NCBI GenBank assembly: GCA_018396995.1
Contig: JAGTQB010000002.1
Location: 1,503 to 65,502 of the forward strand
Reading direction: 5' to 3'
Source: Candidatus Bathyarchaeota archaeon
Lineage (GTDB): Archaea; Thermoproteota; Bathyarchaeia; Bathyarchaeales; DTEX01
Length of the DNA: 64,000 nt
Shown: in pieces, positions 48,796 to 56,346 of the stretch
Position numbering within the stretch: the first letter of the stretch is position 1
How the letters are laid out: the number at the start of each line of letters is the position of its first letter
Notes under the pieces: model-generated
Told to the model about the DNA's origin: nothing
The model's database searches: none
What the model saw: only the letters and a program-made list of their open reading frames with translations
Translations under genes and position numbers: made by a program

Positions 48796-49806
48796 CTAAG
48801 AACCTCTATCAGCCCTCTCCAGAGCAAACTCTAATATCTTTTTAATAAAGTCTTCAAAGGAGATTCCCGCAACCTTTAGAGATCTAGTGAATCCAGCCTC
48901 CGGGGATACGTCGGGGTTTGGGTTAACTTCGAGGACATACGGCTTTCCAGTCTTATCCTCAAACCGTATATCAACCCTTGCGTAATCCCGGCATCCCAGC
49001 ACTCTATAAGCCCTTAACGCCGCGTCCTCCACCTTACTTCTAACATCTTCATCCAGCTCCGCGGGGCAAACTGGTCTGGTCTTAATATATTCCTCGCTTT
49101 CCTTAAACCACTTAGCCTTATAGTCAACTATTTTCGGCTCATCTTCAAAATCAAAAATTATTTCAGATATTGGGAGAACGATTGGGCTCTCATTGCCAAG
49201 TATTGACACGTTAAATTCTCTTCCACTTATATATTCCTCTACGAGGGCTGGCTGCCTATAGGTATCATTTATATACTCAACTTGGCTCTTGAGCTCCATT
49301 AGGTTCTTAACGAAGCTGCGCCGAGTAATGCCTATGCTCGCATCTTCTCTCAATGGCTTAACAATTAACGGAAAACTTAGAGATACATGAGGCTTATCAT
49401 GTTTCATCATGATGCAGTAATCTGGCGTTGGCACACCATAAGCCTTCAAAACAGCCTTCGCTAGACCCTTATCTTGGCAGAGTCCCAGCGTTAACGGTGT
49501 AGATCCAGTGTATGGTATCCTCAGAAGCTCAAGGATAGATGGTATACACATCTCAAGGCTACTATCCCCCATAAAGCCCTCACAAAGATTTATGACGGCG
49601 TCCAGCTCACTGGTTTTTAGGGCCCTGATAACTTCCTCAATGTCATCCCCTACTGGAAGAAGGCAGTAATGGATGCCAAGTCTTTCAAGGGCCTCTTGTA
49701 CAGCATTTACCTGGTCTAAGATTTCTTCCTCAGCTAAGTAGTCTATTTCTTCGCCCTTCAGCGGCTTCATAGGCAAATTAAAGAGTATACCAACTCTAAG
49801 GGCCAT
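48796..49806 (-). CDS. D-Ala-D-Ala ligase-like ATP-grasp enzyme (copy 2)
   Basis: INLCEG, LELLRIPYTGS, IVKP.REDASIGI, EEYISGREFNV, YARVDIR, LEVNPNP. Confidence 0.9.
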   Translation of the reverse strand: MALRVGILFNLPMKPLKGEEIDYLAEEEILDQVNAVQEALERLGIHYCLLPVGDDIEEVIRALKTSELDAVINLCEGFMGDSSLEMCIPSILELLRIPYTGSTPLTLGLCQDKGLAKAVLKAYGVPTPDYCIMMKHDKPHVSLSFPLIVKPLREDASIGITRRSFVKNLMELKSQVEYINDTYRQPALVEEYISGREFNVSILGNESPIVLPISEIIFDFEDEPKIVDYKAKWFKESEEYIKTRPVCPAELDEDVRSKVEDAALRAYRVLGCRDYARVDIRFEDKTGKPYVLEVNPNPDVSPEAGFTRSLKVAGISFEDFIKKILEFALERADRGS

Positions 49807-49948
49807 ATCCCCATCACTTCTAAAATACTTTTAAATTTTATAGAGATCGCTGGGCAGCCCATCATCTTTAATCAAACCTTATATTTAACCAGCCCTTAAG
49901 GCTATCTGAATATAGTTAACAGATTAACCTGGTGTTCTGTGGCTTGAA

Positions 49949-50200
49949 TTATACCCTATAACTTGCTATTTCATCATCACTCAATGGCACTACAGTTATC
50001 TTCCTCTTCCCTATCTTTGTGTCTACATAATACTTTTACCTTGTAGTTATCGCCGCAATCTATGCAGGGGTTCATTTGGCTTCCATAATCATATTTCGGC
50101 TTGACGAGCATGTCTAAGTAGTCCTGACTCAGAAAGATGAAGTGCACTTTTATGTTGAAGTCCTTAGTAATCTTATCTGATAAAAAATTGTAGCCATATT
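49949..50200 (-). pseudogene. Remnant of a ThiI-like/PP-loop tRNA sulfur-modification protein gene with a large internal deletion
   Basis: Manual translation YGYNFLSDKITKDFNIKVHFIFLSQDYLDMLVKPKYDYGSQMNPCIDC (resembling the family's PKYGYG.NMNPCIDC motif). It joins abruptly to a frameshifted C-terminus-like KRKITVVPLSDDEIASYRV*. The upstream part lacks a plausible start. Confidence 0.6.
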
Positions 50201-50236
50201 TAGAGGTCTTAGACCCAAAATTAATTGTTTTTTCTT

Positions 50237-52177
50237 CTACCTGAATATTTCCAGCGCCATGAGGGCTCTATAAAATAGACCGCCTAAAAGGATTGCAAAA
50301 AATACTTCAATAACTGCTATTAACATAGCTTTCTTCCAACCAAATTCCTTGATACATGTCGCTATTGTTGCAACGCAGGGCACATAAAGCATTACTATAA
50401 GCGAGAATGTGAGCATCTGGAGTGGTGTCAGGTGCTCGTGAAGATTTTGTGAGCCCAGTAGAGTGGCAAGCAATATTAGGGTGAGCTCCTTCCTCAGCAC
50501 GCCAAGTATCAATAATACTCCAAGTATCTCTGGCAACCCAAGCCAAACCACTGTTACCGGACTCATTATCTTTGAAACAATATACAGAACGTTTAAAAGA
50601 TCCATGGCTTTAATTATTAATCCACTAATAACTATCACCGGAAAAGCTATTTTTAGGAACTCTTCAAGCCTGAACAACGTCTGTTTAATAACGGTCTTTA
50701 AATGTGGTGTCTTATAATCAGGCATCTCCATTATGAGCGCCATTGCCTCCCCGGGAAGAACCTTAAATGCGATTCTGCCAAAGATGAACACTATTGCTAA
50801 GTCCACCACATAGAGGTAGAGGGCCCATTCTACTCCAAGATACTTTCCCACAAGCCCAAGTATTACAACGGAGCGGGCTGCGCATGGAATAAGTGTTGAC
50901 AAAAAACCAGCTATAAGTCTCTCCCTCTCAGTCTCCATTATTCTGCAACCTAGGCAGGCTGGAACATTACATCCATAACCAAGTATTAGGGGTATGAAGG
51001 CCTTACCGTGTAACCCAATCTTATGCATAAATGCATCCATTAAAAATGCTATTCGAGCCAGATAACCAGAATCCTCTAAGGCATAAAGTATTAAGTAAAA
51101 TGGGACTATGTAGGGTAATGCTATAGTTATTGTCGCTATCACCCCCTCTATAACTCCGCCCCAAATAAGGTCTCTGAGCAGACCTGAGCCTAAGATCCCA
51201 ACAAAAATCGTCTCATAACCGTAAAGTACATTAGTTAGAACTTCTGAAAGGAAATTTCCCAAGCCGAAGACCGCATAAAAGGTTACCAAAATGGTTATGG
51301 CCATTATGATGTAGCCATAAACTTTATGCGTCGTTAAATAATCTATCTTATCACTTAGTGGAAGCTTTATTGTTGGGAGGATCCGTTGAACCTCCCTAGC
51401 GATCTTGCCAGCAACCTCGTATCTCTCTGAAGTTATTACTGTTGGACATGGGTGGCCATGTATTTCTTCGATCTCTTTAGCCATCTTTTCTGCTAGAGTT
51501 AGGGCCTCCGGTCTAACTCTCCTAACCTCCTTTATAACCTCCTCATCTCCCTCAAGGATCTTTATGGCAGCCCATCTAAGCGGATACCTTAAACCCGCGC
51601 CCCTTAAAGCCTCCTCCAACATCTTTATTCTAGTCTCAATCTCGCTGCCATACTTTATGGGGGCTGGCTTTCGAAACCCTTTCTCAAAGCCTTCAATAAC
51701 TTTAAACAGCAGTTCATGTATGCCCTTACCCCTAATGGCAATTGTTGGGACGGTTGGTACGCCTAATATCTCCTCAAGTCTTCTATAATCTATTTTTATC
51801 CCTTTTCTTTCAGCAACATCCACCTGGTTAAGGGCTATGATTAGCGGGATCTCAAGCTCCATCAGCTGGAGCGTAAAGAAGAGGTTTCTCTCTAAGACAG
51901 ATGCATCAACAACGTTAATAACAACGTCTGGCCTTTCATTAATTATATATTCTCTTGAAATGAGCTCCTCGAGTGAGAAAGTTGATAGCGAGTATATGCC
52001 TGGTAGATCAATAATTTCTATTGTGTATCCTTTAAAGTGAAGTTCACCCTCAGCCTTCTCAACAGTCTTACCGGGCCAATTACCGATATGCTGGTGAAGG
52101 CCTGTTAACTGATTAAATATTACGGATTTCCCAACGTTCGCATTTCCAGCTAGTGCAACCCGTATCCTCTTCTCCAT
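50237..52177 (-). CDS. feoB: Ferrous iron transporter B
   Basis: GNANVGKS, GNWPGKTVEK, DLPGIYSL, NQVD, LEDSGYLAR.AF.MD, GYGCNVPA, LYVPCVAT. Confidence 0.97.
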   Translation of the reverse strand: MEKRIRVALAGNANVGKSVIFNQLTGLHQHIGNWPGKTVEKAEGELHFKGYTIEIIDLPGIYSLSTFSLEELISREYIINERPDVVINVVDASVLERNLFFTLQLMELEIPLIIALNQVDVAERKGIKIDYRRLEEILGVPTVPTIAIRGKGIHELLFKVIEGFEKGFRKPAPIKYGSEIETRIKMLEEALRGAGLRYPLRWAAIKILEGDEEVIKEVRRVRPEALTLAEKMAKEIEEIHGHPCPTVITSERYEVAGKIAREVQRILPTIKLPLSDKIDYLTTHKVYGYIIMAITILVTFYAVFGLGNFLSEVLTNVLYGYETIFVGILGSGLLRDLIWGGVIEGVIATITIALPYIVPFYLILYALEDSGYLARIAFLMDAFMHKIGLHGKAFIPLILGYGCNVPACLGCRIMETERERLIAGFLSTLIPCAARSVVILGLVGKYLGVEWALYLYVVDLAIVFIFGRIAFKVLPGEAMALIMEMPDYKTPHLKTVIKQTLFRLEEFLKIAFPVIVISGLIIKAMDLLNVLYIVSKIMSPVTVVWLGLPEILGVLLILGVLRKELTLILLATLLGSQNLHEHLTPLQMLTFSLIVMLYVPCVATIATCIKEFGWKKAMLIAVIEVFFAILLGGLFYRALMALEIFR

Positions 52178-52444
52178 TTATCTCTGAACCTCCACAAAGA
52201 TTCTTTCAGCAATATCTCTGCCGATAGCGAGCTTATAGCCCCTAACATGAGCCTCAATCGGCCCGTTAAGTGGCGCGGACCTAATGATAGTGACCTTTGT
52301 CCCCGGCGTTAAGCCCATATCGGCGAGCCTCTTCCTAATCCCGCGGCCCCAACGCCATCCCCTACCAAAACCAATCTCTATCCTAGTGATCACGCCGGTC
52401 TCTCCTTCCTTCAGCTCCGTCAGCGGAATCTCCATGTAAATCAC
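52178..52444 (-). CDS. feoA: Ferrous iron transport protein A
   Basis: RLADMGLTPGT.V.IIRSAPL.GPI...VRG..LAIGR. Confidence 0.95.
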   Translation of the reverse strand: MIYMEIPLTELKEGETGVITRIEIGFGRGWRWGRGIRKRLADMGLTPGTKVTIIRSAPLNGPIEAHVRGYKLAIGRDIAERIFVEVQR

Positions 52445-52459
52445 CTCAATTAAAACCTT

Positions 52460-53098
52460 CTAAGTTTTTCTAACCATTATGAGTGAGGCAACTTCACGGC
52501 TTAATGTGCGGGCCCCTCCATTTACCTTAATTATTATTAAGTCATTTAGCGGACTTTTCTCCATGACCTCTATGATCTTTTCAGGCTCCACTCCAATTCC
52601 TTCAAGGTAACTTAAGGTGGCGCCCTCCTCCTTAAGTATCCTTGAGATCTTGGCTCTTTCACCAACATTAACTTCGAAGAGCGGATGCTCCACCTCCTCA
52701 AATATTTTACCATCCTCTGTTGGGATCGGGTTCCCATGAGGGCACTTCTTTGGGAAGCCTAAGATATGCTCGATCTTTTTGGCAACGTAGTCATTTATCC
52801 AGTGCTCAAGGTTACAAGCTAATTCATGAACCTTACACCACTCAACCCCCAAAATGTCAAATAAAAGTCTCTCTAAAAGCCTATGTCTCCTAATAATGTT
52901 AAGGGCTATTTTCTTACCTTTTTCAGTCAATTGCACACCTTTATAGGGCTCACGAATAACTAGAAGCATCTTCTCAAGTCTTTCAATAGTATTTGTTACT
53001 GTCCCAGGGGAGACCCCTAACATATCTACTAGATCACCTGTCTTAGCGACACCATAGCGCTCCTGAAGCCTATAAATCACCTCAAGATACTCCTCCAC
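52460..53098 (-). CDS. DtxR/IdeR family metal-dependent repressor with FeoA-like C-terminal domain
   Basis: EEYLEVIY, HTH, RRHRLLE, ACNLEH, CPHGNPIP. Confidence 0.95.
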   Translation of the reverse strand: MEEYLEVIYRLQERYGVAKTGDLVDMLGVSPGTVTNTIERLEKMLLVIREPYKGVQLTEKGKKIALNIIRRHRLLERLLFDILGVEWCKVHELACNLEHWINDYVAKKIEHILGFPKKCPHGNPIPTEDGKIFEEVEHPLFEVNVGERAKISRILKEEGATLSYLEGIGVEPEKIIEVMEKSPLNDLIIIKVNGGARTLSREVASLIMVRKT

Positions 53099-53134
53099 AA
53101 CACTAGATACTTCAGTAATAATGTGCCCCCCAGT

Positions 53135-53170
53135 TACGATTAGTCGTAAAAATTTTTACGACTAATCGTA
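53135..53170. promoter_or_regulatory. Perfect 36-bp palindrome, candidate operator of the dtxR-feoAB operon
   Basis: TACGATTAGTCGTAAAAA|TTTTTACGACTAATCGTA, immediately on the gene side of a TTTAAA TATA-like box (53171-53176). Confidence 0.8.
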
Positions 53171-53234
53171 TTTAAAATTTGCGGTTAATAGCTGACAATA
53201 AGGATTATTTTAGAGGAAGTAAGATAACCGTATG

Positions 53235-53663
53235 TTAGGGAGACACTACAGCAACTTTAACTTGTTTAACACCTTTTTTCGTCATTATTTCCTCAGCTAG
53301 TCTCTTTATTTCGCCCACTTTCCCATTAACCGCAATTATTTCTAGGCATGTCTCTTCCTTTAAATGTATATGTGTTGTTGAAGTTATGATGTCCATAAAC
53401 TTATGTTGTAAACCTATGATCTCCTCCACAAGATTTGGCTTATCCAACTGATATAAGATTAAGATAGCGCCAGCTACATGCTCAGTCTCAGAAGATGTCC
53501 ACTTAAACTCGCTTATAAAAGCTTGAATAGCATCGTGAACCGCCTTAGAGCGGTTTCCATAACCCATGCTTTTCCAAACATTATCAAATTTTTCAACGAC
53601 TGATGGAGGAAGCGAAACACTAAAACGTATAACACCAGCTTTATCCTGCATCCACGCACCCAA
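53235..53663 (-). CDS. nikR: Nickel-responsive regulator NikR family
   Basis: RFSVSLP..V..FD......GY.NRSKAV ribbon-helix-helix; LQH, HIHL...CLEII Ni-site motif. Confidence 0.9.
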   Translation of the reverse strand: MGAWMQDKAGVIRFSVSLPPSVVEKFDNVWKSMGYGNRSKAVHDAIQAFISEFKWTSSETEHVAGAILILYQLDKPNLVEEIIGLQHKFMDIITSTTHIHLKEETCLEIIAVNGKVGEIKRLAEEIMTKKGVKQVKVAVVSP

Positions 53664-53743
53664 AAAATTATTGTGTTTGCCCTAATAAATTGTTAGTTAG
53701 TTTTCCCTACGCTAATGATCTGTTCTATTTTTCAGGGGGCTCC

Positions 53744-53818
53744 GAGGATCTAATTGAAGAAGTCGAAGCACGCGGGGTTGAATCCCTTGAAGAGAAGGAG
53801 AGGGAGAGGCTTCGATGA
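53744..53818 (+). pseudogene. Probable 3' remnant of a VapB-type antitoxin
   Basis: EDLIEEVEARGVESLEEKERERLR* ends in an ATGA overlap with the PIN gene start. No recognisable N-terminal DNA-binding domain. Confidence 0.45.
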
Positions 53819-54143
53819 CCATTCTCGATACAAGCGTTACCGTGGATAGGGCGAAATCTAGGAAGCCCATCAACGAAGATATAACAGCTGTAACATTGGT
53901 TGAATTCCCTAGAATAGTCTACTATAAATTTTTTAGTAGTAGAGTTATATTCCCTATCCGACATGACTTCATAATGGCCCATAGGCTCCTTGAATTAGGT
54001 AAGCCCCAAGCTCTCTCAGATCTACTAGTGGTCTCAATAGCCATAAACAGGGTGAAGAGCTAATTACATGGGACAGGGATCTTGAAGTCATTAGTAATGC
54101 GGCTAAAAGATCAGGGTAAGAAATAAAATTAACAGTCATCTAA
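53815..54143 (+). pseudogene. vapC: Frameshifted VapC/PIN toxin
   Basis: MTILDTSV...TLVEFP...GKPQALSDLLVVSIAINR. The conserved tail GEELITWDRDLEVI continues in another frame after about 54050 and contains a further TAA at 54117. Confidence 0.75.
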
Positions 54144-54300
54144 TAGGCAAGAAAAGAAAACAACTTAGCTTTCTTATCAGTCGAAAGGAAAATTCGTCTA
54201 AGCTCTTGCTCTGTTGGGGCGCGCTCATCTCGGAGCGATGGCGTGTTGCGGGCACCCTTAATCTTCCCATTAACCTCGATGCCTAACATCAACATCTCAT
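54140..54300 (-). mobile_element. Short relic of a tyrosine recombinase/integrase-like gene next to the tRNA 3' end
   Basis: RDERAPTEQELRRIFLSTDKKAK.FSFLAY resembles the segment just before the first catalytic Arg of archaeal integrases. It is truncated there and lies about 100 bp from the tRNA 3' end. Confidence 0.5.
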
Positions 54301-54393
54301 TAAGTAAATAACTATACTTGGCCCGACTGGCCAACCAACAACCACCAAAATAAAACAATAGAGATTATATTTAAGGGACTTGAACCCAAAAGG

Positions 54394-54508
54394 TGGTGGG
54401 CCGGGCCGGACTTGAACCGGCGACCTTACAGAACCCTCTTAGAGGGTTTCTGCGCCTCCCGGTTCTCGCTGTCAGGCAGACGTCCTAACCATGCTAGACG
54501 ACCGGCCC
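54394..54508 (-). tRNA. tRNA-Val(GAC) with two introns (54456-54470 at position 36/37; 54426-54447 at position 44/45) and encoded CCA
   Basis: Acceptor stem GGGCCGG/CCGGCCC plus ACCA, D arm GTCT..GGAC, anticodon stem TCTGC/GCAGA with CT-GAC, T arm GCCGG-TTCAAGT-CCGGC. Removing the 15-nt and 22-nt inserts gives a 78-nt cloverleaf, and both inserts are flanked by BHB-like motifs. Confidence 0.92.
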
Positions 54509-54602
54509 GCTTCCTAATTTTATACCTTCACAATATTCTTATAATTCTTGCTATAAAGTTTTTGTGTTCTCTGATAAGATTTAAAAAAGAGAGGGAGAGT
54601 AG

Positions 54603-54836
54603 TCAGGTTAAGCCTAGGATTCTTTGGGCGATGATTATAAAGCCTGCTGGTGGAAATGTCCGTGTTAAGGGGCCTATTAGTAGGCCTATAATTGCCGCGA
54701 TTACCGCCACGGCAATCAGCATAGCTATTATCTGAACCAATAAATAGGCGAGCCAAAACTTAAATGAAGAACCAAAGTCTATTGTCACTTTAAGTTTCTT
54801 TTCCTCTTCCGTCAATTCATGCACCCACTTTATCAA
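54603..54836 (-). CDS. Small membrane protein of unknown function
   Basis: Charged N-terminus followed by a long hydrophobic segment; fills the intergenic gap. Confidence 0.55.
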   Translation of the reverse strand: MIKWVHELTEEEKKLKVTIDFGSSFKFWLAYLLVQIIAMLIAVAVIAAIIGLLIGPLTRTFPPAGFIIIAQRILGLT

Positions 54837-54955
54837 AATTATTTTGAGGGTATAAAAGACTTCTGATAAATGGTTTCTTGAGAGAGTTCAGCAGAATTCT
54901 AGAGGATTTTTGCTCTCTTTTCAGCTGGATGTATGTCAAGCATGGAGAAATGGGT

Positions 54956-55474
54956 CTAAAAGTTGTCTTTTAATTTAATTGGGAAGAAGACTGGCCTAAT
55001 AATCATCGTTGAGTATAATTGGTTTTGTCTGAGGCCTAAAGCTATTTCTATAAATTCTGGTATCACTTTATGGATAAGCTCCGCTGACGGTTCGCCCCAG
55101 CGTATTCCAGTGCAGAATGGATCTATGTAAACGTAGAACTTTTGATCTAGATACTCAAAGAGCGCCTCAGAAGCGTGGCCGTATTTCGGTTTGCTGAGGA
55201 TTTTAAATGGCCAGAGCTTGCACGCCAATGGTTTAATATGCTGTAAGCCGCATAACCACCTCCCATTTGGGCCCGGATATAGGAAGACGCATGAGCCATC
55301 AGCTCTTTTACCTATATAAAGCTTATTTAACCCAGCTTTTGTGACCCCCACCCCATAAATCTTTGTTATATTCAGCCACTCTTTAAATGTCAAGACTACT
55401 TCAAACTCCCTGCAACATAGTCCACACCCGTTACAGCGCCATAAATTCACGTATCTCCATGGGACAAAGACCAT
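54956..55474 (-). CDS. YkgJ/CxxCxxCC family Zn/Fe cysteine-cluster protein
   Basis: CNGCGLCC, GSCVFL, CGLQ..KPLACKLWPF. Confidence 0.88.
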   Translation of the reverse strand: MVFVPWRYVNLWRCNGCGLCCREFEVVLTFKEWLNITKIYGVGVTKAGLNKLYIGKRADGSCVFLYPGPNGRWLCGLQHIKPLACKLWPFKILSKPKYGHASEALFEYLDQKFYVYIDPFCTGIRWGEPSAELIHKVIPEFIEIALGLRQNQLYSTMIIRPVFFPIKLKDNF

Positions 55475-55613
55475 ATATGACTCCCTGTTCTAGAAATACC
55501 TAGAAAGAATGCTTCCTAATAAACATTAATTTGTGAATATGAAGTAAAGAAGTGTCTAGGACCTAAGATTTGCTTCAGAAATATTTTGTGAAATGGGTCT
55601 TAAAGGAGTAATT

Positions 55614-56096
55614 TCATCTTATTTCTTTCTTATAGAGATATAATGTATGTGTTGGAAAGCCAAAACGGTTATCCTCACAGAAGCGTTCAACTCTAACTGG
55701 CTTCCAACCTATTATTTCATAGTCATGTGAGACAACTCTCGCGCCCTCCTTAAGCTCGTTCTCAAGTTTAGGCCTGATCTTTTCATTCGCACTGGTGGTT
55801 AGATATAAGTAGACGACATCCGCCATACTTATGTCAACATCGAATAAGTTGCCATGAATAATTTTAACTCTATCCTGTAAGCCCAGCTCAATCACTTTCT
55901 TCATAGCCTGTTTAACTAGGTCTTCTCTGAGCTCTACGCCAATTGCATATGCCCCAAACTCTTTAGCAGCAATTATTACTGGTCTACCATCACCCGCGCC
56001 CAGATCAAAAAATATTTCACCGGGTTTCAGCTCAGCCATTTGTAAAAGTCTGCGTATAACTGATTCAGGAGAAGCTACAAATGGAGCTATAGCCAA
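55614..56096 (-). CDS. Class I SAM-dependent methyltransferase (archaeal protein-lysine methyltransferase aKMT-like)
   Basis: APFVASP, FDLGAGDGR, GVEL, ADVVYLYL, ARVVSHDY. Minimal 160-aa fold. Confidence 0.85.
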   Translation of the reverse strand: MAIAPFVASPESVIRRLLQMAELKPGEIFFDLGAGDGRPVIIAAKEFGAYAIGVELREDLVKQAMKKVIELGLQDRVKIIHGNLFDVDISMADVVYLYLTTSANEKIRPKLENELKEGARVVSHDYEIIGWKPVRVERFCEDNRFGFPTHTLYLYKKEIR

Positions 56097-56346
56097 CTAG
56101 TTCACCTCCACCCTCCTAATTTTCACCTAAATGTTTAAAGCAATATTTTTGCCTTACGCTTTTGCCGTGTTCTACTAGGCTCTTTTCTTAATCACCCACT
56201 TCAATAATTTCAACTTCTCGGGACTCAAGATTGAGAAGAAAACTATGGTGATACTGAAAATTTATTTATCTCAAAAATGGATGAAACGACAATTTCAGAA
56301 AAATAAAAAAGTCTTAAATAATGGTTGTTCTCTTCACTGAAGTGAG

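Noticed and set aside
47721-49806. Peptidoglycan synthesis or bacterial contamination suggested by Ddl-like genes
   Set aside because: No mur or alr genes are nearby, the flanking genes are archaeal, and the N-terminal FNxxEG pattern differs from the canonical Ddl LHG motif.
54412-54756. ORFs 54412-54735 (+) and 54520-54756 (-)
   Set aside because: They overlap the tRNA and/or the small membrane-protein ORF and show no protein-like motifs.
56188-56250. Minus-strand peptide HSFLLNLESREVEIIEVGD* resembling a protein C-terminus
   Set aside because: It is too short to assign and has no start; it could be a relic but cannot be supported.
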